Source: Eledone cirrhosa
Lineage: Eukaryota
Reading direction: 5' to 3'
Length of the DNA stretch: 64,000 nt
NCBI GenBank assembly: GCA_964016885.1
Contig: OZ024742.1
Span: forward strand, 304,668,001-304,732,000
Positions 1-15,331 of the stretch are shown here, in pieces. The notes under the pieces were generated by a model. It saw nothing but the letters and a program-made list of their open reading frames with translations, was not told where the DNA came from and searched no databases. Position 1 is the first letter of the stretch, and each line of letters begins with the position of its first letter. The translations under genes were made by a program, and so were the position numbers.

Positions 1-396
1 TATATATACATATGTGTGCGTGTGTGCATGTATATATCTATAGATGTGTGTGTGTGTGAGTAATGAAATGAAAGAAGGTGGGAGTGGAGAATAAATGTCG
101 GAGCTGGAAAACCAAGTATTTTGTATTTATTCCATTTCGAAACAACCGAAATTCAAGTTATAGAGGAATTTTATTGACATTTTTTTTACGTATTCATCGG
201 CTTAATTTCTCTCTTCCTTACCATTTTCCTGCAATGTGTGACCGGAATGAGATGTTGTGCTTTCTCTGTCATATAGGGCCCGACCTTTGGAAAATGTTGA
301 CTCGAATCAAAGATTTCAACTTTTACGTTATTGATTAAATGGACTGGCCTGGTCTCTCTCGCTATGTTTTCTCCCTCTGCCACACAAGGAAAGCTC

Positions 397-550
<154 letters not shown>

Positions 551-1781
551 AAGTTTTAAATGTGTGGCTCCTAAGGCAGATAAACATAATAAAGTCAGTC
601 ACTGTGTTTCTGTAGTGAATTCTTTCAGATGTTTCTACATATTTCTTTTTTTAGGGGGGGGCGTGCAACCCGTCCACTTACAGTTCCTTTCCATTTCTTA
701 AGAAGTAGACTGTGTATGAGTTCACATATTTGAATCTCCTCACCTAAATATTCGTTCTGACGGAAACGTATGACCACTTATCTCCATACTATATACGTCT
801 TCTTAATGGTATTAGTAAACATTAAGATCAACACCGATAACATTCACAAAGCTTCTATGTAATATTTGATCTAGTTGCTAACATGTATGAGGGGCGGGTT
901 AAAATTATCATTAAACATATGGACACTTTGAAAAAGTTGTGCAGTGAAATTGATAAAAGTGATATGTTCAGATTTAGTTGTTTTTAATGATGAATATTTG
1001 AGCATCGTTTGGTATTTGATATTTTGAATGTGTGTATTAAACGGTCAACAGTCAGCCAATATCATTTGCATTTGTTTGTAAATTCAGATGAAATCGGCAA
1101 CGTTGGAGGGATGAAGAGCGTGAAAATTTTCGCTGCCCGTCTATCAAAATTTTGACCTTTGTTTTGAACTCGTTGAAGATTTAGATGCAGGATGGGGGGC
1201 TCAATATTTGCAGATGATTAACTCACTGTCTATAGAGATCATCCGATTTTCACTCTCGCAGCCATTATGAAGTCACATTAATAAATTGAAGCCTTCACAC
1301 GTTTGTGATTAGAAAAAATTAAAAAAATTGCAAAACATAAAATAGTTATTCATTAATAAATTGCTGCCACCAAATTATGGAAACTAAGATCCTTACTACT
1401 GGCAGTCCACCCAATTTACAAATATGGATGATAAGCTCACAGTGATGATTAGATGGGATTATGAAGTAGTGATATGGCCTGTATATTGAACAGACATGGA
1501 AATGGAATTCATGAAATTTGATTTAATCACTTCTGTTCGAACCCAGCTTACACTTTCAGCCTGGTATGTTAAATGGGATATTTTGATTGGACTGGTGTAA
1601 ATGTTAATGCTTCAATGACTACGACACTCTAGTTTTATAAGGGCAAGGAATTACCAATTTTTATCGTCCGAGTTGAAGGTAGCCAAAGAATGATGAAATT
1701 AAAATATATTTCTCTCACACACAAGCACGTGTGTGTGTGAGAGAAAGAATCTCTCTCCCTCTCCCTCTCCCTCTTCCTCTC

Positions 1782-1910
<129 letters not shown>

Positions 1911-1938
1911 GTAGAAAACTGGAATCTTCAGCTCAGTT

Positions 1939-1975
1939 CGAGCTGAAGATCCGCAAGGTGAAATGTTTATTCTCG
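1939..1975 (+). ncRNA. Minimal type I hammerhead ribozyme motif in a (TA)n-flanked insert
   Basis: cgag|CTGAAGA|t-cc-gcaa-gg-t|GAAA|t-gttt-a|TT|ctcg: stem I cgag/ctcg, 2-bp stem II closed by T.T, minimal stem III, putative AUU site. The insert (1907-2010) lies between (TA)n tracts. Confidence 0.6.
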
Positions 1976-2009
1976 GTATGGTGAACTAACTGTTGTGTTC
2001 GTTACTCAA

Positions 2010-2044
<35 letters not shown>

Positions 2045-2049
<5 letters not shown>

Positions 2050-2141
2050 TAATCTGTTATTTTAATAAATATTTGCTCTGTGGTTTTATATATATTGTCG
2101 AGCCCTCTTCGCATTTTAGTCTTCATATTTATTATTATTAC
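2045..2141 (+). mobile_element. 3' tail fragment of the PLE-derived family also seen at 15328-15588
   Basis: ttaatctgttattttaataaatatttgct...ttttagtcttcatatttattattattac matches 15479-15588; both are followed by TA repeats. Confidence 0.65.
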
Positions 2142-2176
<35 letters not shown>

Positions 2177-4241
2177 CGTGTGTTTATGACATATATGTAT
2201 AGACATATGTTTCTTACGAATTCTGAATGAAATGTTAAAATCCTTTTTACTAGACTGTCCCACACAACTATATCCGGCCTGTTGTGTTTATATTAAGTAT
2301 TCGTTTTCATGTGAATTTTACACCAATGATTCTTGTTTTAGAATATATGAAAATACATAGAATTAGACATTATAAATGAATATATTTTTCTACGTTTATA
2401 TGTATATAATACATGCGCCTACGTGAAAATAATGTTTTTGAGAATTCTCTATCGTGTAGTGTCTGCACGTGTAATAAAAATGCAAAAAAGGGGAAAATAC
2501 CATGAATCTATCAGGATAGCTCGGGGTAATTCTTTTTGTTATTTCGTATCTTTCAAGCTTACTGAATACACATATTCCTTTATCTCAATGGCTGTATTTA
2601 TGTGTATGTATGATTATATAATCATTATGAAAAGTCATTTTTCTCCCAGTTATATTTACATCAACATGGAATCATTTGTGTATGTAAGTGTGCATGTGCG
2701 TGTGTCTGCATATACATGATAGGGTATATATATATATATATATATGTAGATAATATGTATGTGAAGATCTGTTCTGTACATCTATAACTTTCAATGTGTT
2801 AGATATGTGGGAATTCGTTTCCTTGTGCTGCAAGCCAATTGTAACATTTGCATTGTGAGAAAATTGTACAAGTTTTCTTTTTCTTACCACAGTATAGAGG
2901 ATTGATCTATCGAAAATGCATATCAATTACAAAATAAACGTCGTCCATTTCCCCCGTCCACAGTTAATGGAGTAAGCAGGGTTGTCTTAGGCATAACTTT
3001 TTTTTATATATGCTTATGATTTTTTATTTTATTTGTTCGTGTATACACTGTAAGGCTTGCGTGAGTGTCTCTAAATTACACAACCTGCAAGTCGTTGCGT
3101 GGCCTTCTTCGACTTCCGCCGTTAATAATTCTTTTGTTAACTCGAGTTAGCTTAAGTTGACAAACTAAACTAATACCAGACCTTCTAGCAAGAATTTTTA
3201 TCCACTTACTCTCTTCTCTATTCTATCGTAATATTTTTTCAGTTTGTTCTCTCTTTTTTCGTAATTTAGTTCGTAATGTTTTTATACTTATTCATCTCTC
3301 TCTATTTTGGTTTCCCTGTGCGTAGATTTAACTTCCGGTCAATTTTTTGTCATGTATTTAATGTCTTACTCATTCTTGTATTATATTATGTATATTACAG
3401 AACTAATTTCTTTCATCCAGCACAAATTGACGTGTATAGATCTACTGTCCAATGGATATCGACATAAGAAATATCTCATGTATTCTAATAGATATTTCTC
3501 ATTATTTCCTACTGTGCATTTTTTTTTACTCCCAACAATGCTTTCCGAAAACAAACGACGAACATTCAAACAGAATACTTTATTTCATTTTGTTTGTTGC
3601 TGATTCATCATGAAAATCAATGCCGTCGTTTTGATTACTAACAGCAACATCATCACTAACAACATTTGGACAATGATTGGACTTCTCTCTGGTTACTGGA
3701 AACAACATGAACATATCTACCTCAAATTTGAACTATACCGACTTAATAAATAAAAGACATTACATTTGAAAATGATAAACAATGTTAGTATTCATGTCTT
3801 CATAATTGCTGGACCGCATTTGATTATAGTTCTACTCAATCAGTTGCAGATGGTAGCTAAAAGATCAACATAGGAAATGCTACAAACATAATCATCATCA
3901 TCAAAGTATTAGAAAAACAATCAATAAAACCGTTATGTTTCGTTTAATAGCGTCAGATTTTGAAGAAATACCCACCTTTATTATTCATAATACACTAACA
4001 GCAGTGTTTGGCAGTCTCAGTGTGTTTCGGACGACATGCGTTCTGTTCAAACCTTGATTTGATCGAAATTTTACATTAATTCTTCTGGGAATCAACACAA
4101 TACTAAACATGTAGTAGTGGTTTTGATTAAATTGCCTGCGCCTTTTACAAAATTGTTAAACATCAGTACTTATTAAAAAAAATATATATATCTTTCTAGT
4201 TTTAATATGTGGTTGTATGAGGAGTGTTTCTTTCTTTGCGA

Positions 4242-4242
<1 letters not shown>

Positions 4243-4275
<33 letters not shown>

Positions 4276-4320
4276 TTACTATTACTACTACTACTAGTAC
4301 TACTACTGCTGCTGCTGCTA

Positions 4321-4408
<88 letters not shown>
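4243..4408. repeat. Compound (CTA)n/(CTG)n trinucleotide microsatellite
   Basis: Directly visible; source of the poly-L and poly-T ORFs. Confidence 0.95.
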
Positions 4409-4410
<2 letters not shown>

Positions 4411-4872
4411 GATTTATATTAAGAGAGGCAAATTAATTTTTATTTCATATGTTTTTGTCTGTTCAGGCGTCTTTTTCAATATGTTTCTTCGTTTCACCTT
4501 CTTCGTTGTTAAATACTGCTGCTACTGTTTCGAACCGTATTCCTATCATTCTAACACTTCTGACACAGCTATTAGATATAGTAGGACTAGGGTTATATGA
4601 AGTGAATCTCCTGACACATAAAGAAAAGTTAGATAAAAAAAATAGGGATGCGAGCCAGCCCTTTCCAATATGGTGACATCATTTTATGGAGGGAAATGTC
4701 AATTAGAGAACATTGAGTGGAGACTTGCTCAATATAAAAGCCAACCCGATGTGTATTTACTGAATCTTGGGAGGGTGAAAAAAAAAAGCTATTGTGTTGC
4801 TGTCCTTCTCGTTGTTGGTTTTGTTTTTCTTGTTCTTTATTTATTTATTTATTGTTATTATTATTATTATTA

Positions 4873-4906
<34 letters not shown>

Positions 4907-5375
4907 GCATTGATAAAAAGATTATGCTTCATGGAAGTTGAAAGCCCGTCCGAACGTAATAGGCGAGGTCAATGACAGTAGCGGTAACGGTGTTGGAGGT
5001 TGCGTTGATTCCACTAGGGGTGGAAATGGGGTAGTAGAGAAAGCAACGGTGATACTAATACAAGGACAACAAAAAAAGATGAGGTGAAGGAAATAGAAGA
5101 GAAGAAACAGGTGTATGAGTAAGAGGAAGGGATAATAATGATGGCAGTAGGGCAAAAGTGAAAAAGAATAAAATAAAATAAACAAAATAACAGTATGATT
5201 TGTAACAGCGAGTAAATCTAAAGATAACGTGAAGAAAATCGTGAAAAATTTAGAAAAATATCAGAAACGTTTCAGGGTTAGTGGATAAAATGTTGGTTGG
5301 AATGTCTAATTGTGGGAGAGAACCTGAGAAGGAAAACGAAAGTGTAATTTTTCCGTGTAAAAATTCTTCCTAATA

Positions 5376-5553
5376 CTGGCACGATACCATCAATTTGGAG
5401 GAAGGAGAAAGACGATTATATCGACAGTATATGACTGGTACTTTATTTTATCGACTTTGAAGTTGACCTTGGCAGGATCTGAACTCTAAATATAAAGATT
5501 GGCAACAATTGCAACAAATCTTTTTATCAAATGCTGTAACAATTCTGCTAACC
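5376..5553 (-). mobile_element. tRNA-derived SINE family A, degenerate copy
   Basis: Core gactggtactttattttatcgac...gttgaccttggcaggatctgaactc shared with many other copies in the window. Confidence 0.75.
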
Positions 5554-7063
5554 CAGTACCTAAATAATATTAATATTAATAGGGATTTTGTTTATATATG
5601 AGATGATTTTAATAAAATCGGTGATAATGATGATGATTTTCATGGTCGTGACACTTATGATTATCATCTGGATGGTTACATACATGGATGGTCTAGGGAA
5701 AATTCAAATTTGTGAAATGAAGAAGGTAATTTTCAAATGACAAATGATTTATCCGCTGAGACATTGAATGAACTTGTGTTTCTGTTTGCGTCCTGCATCA
5801 GGCAGGCATATTAATGGCTACCAGATATGCTATCAGCCTGCTGAGGTAGCCTTCCGTTTTACTTTAACTATTAGGAAACAAAATACGCATACATACACAC
5901 AAATTCTTCTCCCCTTAGTCTTCTTAGTCTCTCTCTCTCTCTCAATGATATTTTAGTTACCAAATTTTCTTCGTTCTAATCTAATTTTCATTTCGTTTGA
6001 AAAGACCACAGGAAGCTGTGTGATTGCTCTGGCTACACGCCTATATATTTGTCTCTCTTTTGAGCATAACATTTATATGGTGTAATCGTTGCCATTTATT
6101 TTCAAAATCATAGAGCAATATAACTTAAACATTATCTAAGCAGAAATTAAACTAGATGGTATAAACTTGATTCACTATTATTTTCATTGTTAACACAAAA
6201 AATGTGACGAAGGGAAGTCTTTAGATACAGTCAGATAAATTAGAGGACCAATGTATGATTTTCGGAATACTTCAGTCTGTTCAATCTTCTCTTTGACTAT
6301 CGATTACATGTACCATTCTATAAAGATACATCTAATATAGATCTGACCACACAATACATTAGCCGGGATATTTACCTTATTTCCAATGACTTTACCAATC
6401 ATCTGGAGTAACTAAAACACAAAACTACAATTGCCTCTATATGTTGTAACGGTATCAACCAATCATATATATTCTTGAAAGTGATTAATTTTATAATAGA
6501 ATAGGGAATAAAAAATGTATGTTTGCGTATTTGGCATAGGCTACGTCGGTGTCTATATTTGTGTGTATTTGTTTACGTGAGCTAGAAAGAGAAAATACAT
6601 ACACACACACACATACATATATATATAATATGGCAACACTTATTCAAACAATCATTTGCATCCGCTTTTCAATAAGCGAATAAAGGTTAGCACATTTAAA
6701 GATAACGTAAAATTACACACAGACACAGAAACACACACAAATCTATACTTACAACACAACATAACACGTATTTAACAATTACACACTTAAAATATTGAGT
6801 ACATATATAATTACATGCATGATAGGCCAATATACATCTGAACAGATGTCATTTCTACAATACTGCCACTTAGAACACATACGCATGCCCCAACACACAC
6901 ATATTACAAACAACATTACAATCATTTAACTTGGAAATTCACACATGCAATCTATATATACAACATTCCAAGAAGAAATGGTAAATACACTCTCGGTTTA
7001 GATTATGCAGCTCACATTGTATTCAACACAAACAACACCACCATCGCCGCTAGTTTATCCAAT

Positions 7064-7122
<59 letters not shown>

Positions 7123-7486
7123 GAAAACCTACATGCACACATATGGAGCAGCATGACCACTTATCTCTCCCCCACGTGTAATCCATCGTCGTATGCCGAT
7201 TGCATGCTTCGATACAGCTGGTTAAACTTGCCTGACTCGTTTACCTATTGCAACAGGATGTGCGTGATGTATTCTGAAGAGTTGAAACGAAGAACTTGAT
7301 GGAAATGTTAGTGTAATTATCTGTGTATAAAATAGAAAATATGTTTGTGTACGCTATTTGCATTCTTATAACGAATATGATGTGAAAGATATTTATTTGT
7401 AGAAAAAGGAGTAAGTGGGAGCATCGTAAGACTGAAAGGTGCACTGGCTATGTAGAATAGCTATAGGTAAATGAATCACGTCCAAT

Positions 7487-7660
7487 GGCTATGTGGGTAA
7501 AGAATTATTTTCTCAAGATCCAGGTTCTGAGTCCAGTCTCACTGCATAGGACGCTGGTATTTGTCTTCTACTGGACCGGAGGGTTAAGAAATCTGTTGTG
7601 AATAGGATTTTGTAAACGGAAACTGCAGAAGTTAGTCGTGTGCATATTAGGTGTGTGTCT
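7487..7660 (+). mobile_element. tRNA-derived SINE family B (CORE-like), degenerate
   Basis: ggctatgtgggtaaag ... ggttctgagtccagtctcactg ... tgtcttctact ... gtaaacggaaactgcagaag followed by a GT-rich tail. Related relics at ~14630-14800 and ~33010-33140. Resemblance to octopus CORE-type SINEs is from memory. Confidence 0.5.
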
Positions 7661-8280
7661 GTGATTACAAACAAAGATTGATAAAATAAATACTAGACTT
7701 GAAAAGGTAAGTAATGAGGTCAATATGGTGGCATATATCAGTGTTTTCCAGGGAGGGAGGATAGTGCAGATTACCTTCATCTGAGACTGAACGAGGGGAA
7801 GCAAAGTTGAACTCAGCGTGCAGAGTACCTCTTCAACAGCTACACGACATTGAGTCTTACGCTATATGAAGTCTGAAGTGCAGGGACTCTTTTCCAATAC
7901 ACCGTTATATTCCGTTACTTCCTTCTCCTAATGCTATTGAGAGTGATACACAAGCATCTTTCGTATCTTTCTGTATCTATAGTTGCGTATCTGTTTGTAG
8001 TTCTTGCATGCTACTGGGACTTACATCAATATTCAAGGTGTTTTCATGGTAGAAATATATTTTATCTTAGTTACTCCGTAGAGAAAATCTAAGATGTAAT
8101 AGACAATCGAATTCAGTGAGTTGTGCCTCCACTCTGACTGCACCATTGATCGTGAACACAATACAAGAACGCTGGGTTAAATATTTTACAATATTAAATT
8201 TAGTAATTGTATGTTGCAATTTCAAATCTTCTGAAAATCTACTTTGCCTTGTGGCATGGTAATATATATATATACCATGG

Positions 8281-8357
<77 letters not shown>

Positions 8358-11300
8358 ATTTATATACTGGTGTAGTGTGAACCCAGAAAATATTAACGAG
8401 TAAGTTATATTGTATATCTCTCATACCTGGTATATTTTATATTGCTAAATGTAAATGAAATACGGGAGAAATCATTTTAGTGAGTCAAAATAAAGACGGG
8501 TTTTTCACCTGATATCTTCCAGTTCATTATAAAATTACAAATACAGATTATCAAAACAAAGATAAATAAAACTATCCTCGATATAATGCGATCGCCTGAT
8601 CATACATAATATATAGAATTTGCTGCCTTCATGCTGATAGTTCAAACATAACCATAGAAACGCCAAATTGATTGGTCGGATTAGAAGTAGTGTGGTGCTT
8701 TTAATAATTTCAGAGATCACACTAACTTACAGGAAACAATTCCTGGTTATTACAATACAACTAAACTAACGAAGCTTCATCATCGCATTAAAACTAATAC
8801 ATTTATGCGAGTGCAAAAGCATCAATACATATTAATGACTGAATTTACCTTGAAATGCTGTTCAAGTTATGTTGAACTTCAACACCTCCACTATCTCTAC
8901 TACCATTAACTTTATTAATATGCGTTCCCCCGTCGCGAAAAATCAAACCTTATTAATTCGCTTCACCGATACGAATACTTGAATTGTCTTTTATTAGTCA
9001 ATTCGTTGTAATAATCTCATAAAATTATATGTAAAATGTAAAAATAACATCACACACAGATACATATATATACATATACATACATACATGCACACATATA
9101 TATATACATATACACATACATACATACATGCATATATATATATATATATAATCAAATAAGTCATGCGTATATGTAGTTCCTTGAAATGTCAGGGATCTTA
9201 AGAAAGTGACAACAACGTTGGTGGTGTTGTTCCGAGTGTTCGAGTTGTTCATGGCGAATGTGAAGGATGGAATGGGTTGGGGGAATAGAACTGGATTTAC
9301 TACTTTGGTGAGAAGGAATAATGTTATTAATTATCTTAAAAGACAATTAAGAAGATAACCACATCTGTAATGAAATTCAGGGAACTCAGCTAATATGAAA
9401 GAAATCACTTAGCAACGGAATTTCTAAACTAATACTTTCAAATTCTTATCGCCAACACAATTTGCAATCCTTTGAAGAGGAATGTTCAGACACAGTTATG
9501 AATGGAACAAATTCAAATTAATAATCTAACTTTATTGGTGTCATAGACCATTTATATTATAAATATATTATAAATATTATTTGCGTCTATTGCTTTACCT
9601 ATATTGTTTTTATTTTTGAATCATTGGACTGCCACCATGCTGGGTCAACGTCTCCATGAGATACTCAGGGCTTATTTCAATGGGTTATTTATTTTATCAA
9701 TCCCTATTCGTCAAACTGGTAAGTACAATGTCATTCAACATAAACATCACCATGCTGTAGCTCTGTTTAAATATAAACACACACATGACCTTTCTATATA
9801 TTTTCCGTCAATCAAATAACCACACACGTTACTGATCAACTGAGCTACTAGAAGTATCTCTCAAATATTCCTCAAATCGCAACTTACCGTCTTAAATAAG
9901 GAAATCACATATTCGATAATTTTGTCCCACACTGTCGGATTAAACCGATTTACGCGTGGTTGTGAAACAAATTACTTGTCTACATAGCTAGGCCTGCGAC
10001 CGTAATTTCAACTAAAAGCAACAGTTATATTCTATAAAGTATTTCTCTCCGAAGCATTGTTGAATCTTTCTTCGTATCCTAATTTAAGAAAGGTTAAGCT
10101 GAGGATGTTGAATATGAACTCGACAGCCGACAAAACTCCTGGAAGATTTTAGCGAAATTTCACGATAGAACATTATGAGAAAACTAATTTGAATCACTAA
10201 ATTACATTTCTTAACACATTTTAATCTTACACGCTCTGTCCAGTCAAATGTATAGCATTACGACAGCAGTGAAATGACTTTTCCCTTCTATTTTTATAAA
10301 TGAATGGGTTAGCTCGAAATAGATTTGATCGTTGTATTGTTTTTGTTTGCCAACCAGGATCCCGTCATTGACTGAGCGCTGAAAATGTTTACTGGAAACG
10401 TTTTGTCAAACATATTCTTCTTGGTATTTCTCTTGGGATATTAGGGATTACCGTAACGAATTACAGTGTGCATATTTCAAATATTATTGCGTTTTAAGCT
10501 TAACAGTGCTCAGCTGGAATTCAAGCCAAACAAACTATCCCTGTACGTTTATATGCATCGTAATCAATCGAGAAGCAAACTAATAAAACAATGAGACAGA
10601 CAGCAAGCTATTTGTTTTTCTCTTGACTTTTTAAATGAAAGATTGAATATCAGTGTTCTGATCAAATGCCCCAAGCAGAATTATTCATAGTGACATTGGG
10701 AAATTATTTCACCTCATGGGTAAATCTAATTGGTGAGGTGTCCTTTAGAAAAATTCAATATCCATCATAATATCCTTGAGGTCTTCACTAATATCGCATT
10801 TGAGATAGAGATAGATTAAAGGTAGAAAATGGAGGAGTGCGCATGTGAGTTAGATATTTAGATAGATAGATAAGGAGAGAAAGAGTAGAAGGTAAAGACG
10901 GTGTATAAATAATGGGTAATAACCAAGAGAAAAGAGAAAAGTGGAATATGTCATAGGCAGATCAACGGATAATGAAATCCGACTTTGCCAGTTTGACACA
11001 GATGTAACCTTAGTCCCAAAGAATTGATTAGGCAGCGATTAAGACTTAATCTATAATCAGCTCGCGATAAACGCCATTTATAATCTTTCTCAGAATATTG
11101 TTTAGTTTCATGGTGAGTGGGAAAACATAAACGATACAGTGTCAACAGCATAGATAGAAGATATGGCTTAGAAAGGTTACGCATCTGGCACCTGTCCTAA
11201 GTTTGATGATTCTCTAGAAATGCAGATATTTCCGTCTATCTATGTATGTATCTAATGCTTAAAAACAAACTCACACTCATACACGCACAAGCACAATCTC

Positions 11301-11472
11301 AAACACATAAACACACAAACATACGGTTTGCATGAGCGTATGTATGCATTATTTATCTCTCAATCAATCGGCCTGTCTCTCGTCTGTCCGTTTAGCGACG
11401 GCCCTTCTTATTCACCACATTTCTTTTCCTTACACTCTTCCCTCTCCCCTCCCTCTCTATATATATATCTCT

Positions 11473-11518
<46 letters not shown>

Positions 11519-11530
11519 TGTATATGTATG

Positions 11531-11623
<93 letters not shown>

Positions 11624-13055
11624 ATACATGCATACATACATATATATATACATATACATTAGGAGGTGGACGAGTTTAAGTTTTATAGCCTTCCCTTACA
11701 TTTCCATATGATCATACAACTACAAATACATACACACGACATACACACAATAAACTGAAATGTGTACATACAGGTAGATGTGTGTATGTCTATCATCGTT
11801 GTTAGTTAAATGTGGAGAGGAATTGAAAATACGGACTTAACAGAAACAAACTTACACGCAATGTTACAAATTATTTAAAGATTTTCAGCATGCTTTCTCT
11901 CATTCGCTCTCCTTCACACACGCTCTCTTTATCATTTCTATGTATTTCTCTCTTCGCTCATGCCTCTTGCTCATTCAATTTATCTCGATGTTTTGCCTTA
12001 TTTTTTGGAGAAATAACGAAATAAAGTAATAAAATGATACGAAAATAAAACCACAACACAAATGTAGACAATTAGAGAAAAGTGAAAAATAAAAAAAAAG
12101 TATTAGGAAACGTCCCACCGCCATCCCCAACAGCATCGAGACAACCAGCAACACCAGCACCACTATCACAAACAGCAACAACATTACCATCACACCATCC
12201 ATGGCCACAAGCACCACGCCCAATAAACAGTATGACAATCAGCACCACAAGCAACAACGCTACGTATCATAACCTCCAGCACAAACACGGCCACAAGCAC
12301 TAATACCAGTAACAGTAACAACCACCTGCCCCACCTACAACACGATCTCTAGCACCACCAGCACCACACCACAAGTCTCTCCAGCATCACCAGCATCAAT
12401 ACGACCACAAAAAATAGCAATAACGCCAACAGCAGCAGCATAACTGACGCCAAAAAGGATAAGAAATTCATACATACACCATACACGCTAAATATTCGCA
12501 GACATATCCACACACTCACATTTTCACACAATCAGACAAAATAACAGTCACACACACTAACGCACTCAAAAGCACTCATACATTAACACACACTCTCACA
12601 CACTCACACACTCACACACATTGACACACACACACATAGAGTATAAAAACAACAATAACACATCAACATCGCGTCAGTGTTGGACGTTCGAATGCGTGCT
12701 GGCAAATGACGTCTGGTGAAGGTGGCGGTGGCGGTGAAGGTGATAGGGCTGGTGATGATGGTGGTGTTCGTTGATATGCTGTTGCTGTTGGTAATGATGG
12801 TGAAGCTGGAGTTGTTTGTGGTGGTGTTTTGGTTGGTGGTGTTCGGTTTAGCGACGAAATGCTCCAACTTTATCTGTCACACACTGTAACCATCATCTAT
12901 CATTGTCAAGATGTATTTAGAGGGGAATTGTGTAAGAAAAGGGAGCAAACAGACAACGAGAAGAGAGGACGACAACAACAACAAACGTAGAGAATTCGTG
13001 AAAAATAGATTACACTCCCTTACATATACACTTACGTACATATACAGATATAAAA

Positions 13056-13122
<67 letters not shown>

Positions 13123-13217
13123 GTGCATACTTGCACAAGCAGATAAGCATAAATACACAAAAAGGTAAGTCTCAATGTGTGCATGTGTATGTGTGTAAAT
13201 CTTTGTTTATACATGTA

Positions 13218-13253
<36 letters not shown>

Positions 13254-13524
13254 CATACATGTATAAACAAAGATTCATATATATGTCTATATTATATATA
13301 TATAGCCAATCTCTCTTCCTCTCTCTTGCCTTTCACTCCCCCTCACTCCCTATGCCTTTCACCCCCCCCCCTCTATCTGCCTTTCACTCCCCTCTCTCAC
13401 CCTCCTATATTTACACTAACAATGACCTGCACACATTGACCTTTGATTTATCAAGCGACATTTTATCTTCGTTTCTCCATCTCTCCCCGTTTCCTTCACA
13501 TATATGTGTACATATAGAAATAAC

Positions 13525-13597
<73 letters not shown>

Positions 13598-13802
13598 ACA
13601 CACACACTCACTCATATATACACACACTTTCACTCACTCTAACTTTCACTCACGCCCGAAGTTGGCTGTGTGTTAAGTTGTCTAGGTTTATCACATGATC
13701 ACACACATAAGGATACAGATTATATACGTATCTAACCCCCTATCCTCGACTTTGATATCTCTCTTAACTTTTCTTAAACACACACAAACACTCTCTTTCC
13801 GT

Positions 13803-13847
<45 letters not shown>

Positions 13848-14338
13848 GTCTATCTTTCGCCTTACAAACATTCATCGACATCATCGAATATAAACACATT
13901 GAGCCAGCCAAGCATGGGTACACACATACAAACAGACACATACAGAAGGTGAGAAGAGTGTGAGCGTTACGTAGAGAGAGGTGTGGATAAATAGATGTAA
14001 TACAAACAACAATCTACCAACAACCAAACAGGAATTTTCACATTAGGACGACATTACAAGAAAATTCATCTTATTCATATCATCATTTATTCTAATTTGT
14101 CTTCAATTTCCTTATTTGTGCACCAAACACACAGTATATTACAAACCTACCTTTCAGACAGAAGGTGCACTTCAGATTTTATTTTTATCGATGTTGATGG
14201 CGATGGTGGCGAGGCTGTCTTATATATTTTCATTCATTCCTGTGACACACTGCCATTAAATGAGGATGGACTAGTCGAGATAAATGGAAGCATTTAACGT
14301 CCTACTGCATGCTTTGTCTGCCTTTGGGAGGATATATA

Positions 14339-14445
14339 TGACTCTGTGCTACCTTATGTATGAATGTATGTGAGCATGTAAAGATACATTTATATATGGG
14401 TGTGTCTATGGATGCATGTGGTATATATATGTATATGTATGTATG

Positions 14446-14486
<41 letters not shown>

Positions 14487-14605
14487 CTCTGTGCTACCTT
14501 ATGTATGAATGTATGTGAGCATGTAAAGATACATTTATATATGGGTGTGTCTATGGATGCATGTGGTATATATATGTGTATGTATGTATGTGTATATATA
14601 TATAT
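14339..14605. repeat. Local tandem duplication, period 145 bp
   Basis: tgactctgtgctaccttatgtatgaatg...ggatgcatgtggtatatatatg occurs at 14339 and 14484, with junctions inside (TA)n. Confidence 0.9.
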
Positions 14606-15235
14606 GCAATTTTTTGTGTATGTATGAGACCTCAGGTATTGCGAAGATTTAGGATGTTCGCTCCATAATTAAAATAGTCTCAGTTCCATATTAATGCATG
14701 ACATTTTCAGGAAGAGACTTTTACTATAGCCCTAAGTCTTGGGTAGACAGACACTTTTTTGTAGCACATTGGGTGGATTGTACTATGTGACGCACTGTGT
14801 GGAATACGCTTGCGGCTATTTAGAATACTAAACCTCCCACACATTGATTCAATGTTCTGATATAGGTAAGTGAATCAAACCCCCAAAAAAACACAAAATA
14901 GGAACCGAAGATGAGTATCCTATTTTCTTATGTGTGTATATGAGATAATGTGTGTGTTTGTTTATATGTTACATGATGAAATAAATGAAAAGAAAAAAAA
15001 TTAGCCGGAATATTACTCGAAAAATTCGCATGACCTCCCATAGAAATACGTATGCAATACCAATCGCCAAATATCATCAGATCTTTCTAAATGGCACTCA
15101 ATCGATATCCAGGTTTGGAATCTAACAGACTCAAACTTACCAGAGCCCAACACTTGGGAAAAATTGGATAAAGATAAGTACTGCAAATCTAAGGTCTTGA
15201 TTTCTCCACATCTCCTAGTAAATAGCAATGCGTTT

Positions 15236-15327
<92 letters not shown>

Positions 15328-15331
<4 letters not shown>

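Noticed and set aside
186-395. Minus-strand peptide CVAEGENIARET, loosely like a C..CGENYIGET GIY-YIG motif
   Set aside because: Similarity is too weak and downstream motifs are not recoverable by eye.
12080-12880. His/Gln/Pro/Thr-rich reading frames that resemble transcription-factor low-complexity regions
   Set aside because: Degenerate CAC/CAA repeats with no domain and no convincing splice context.
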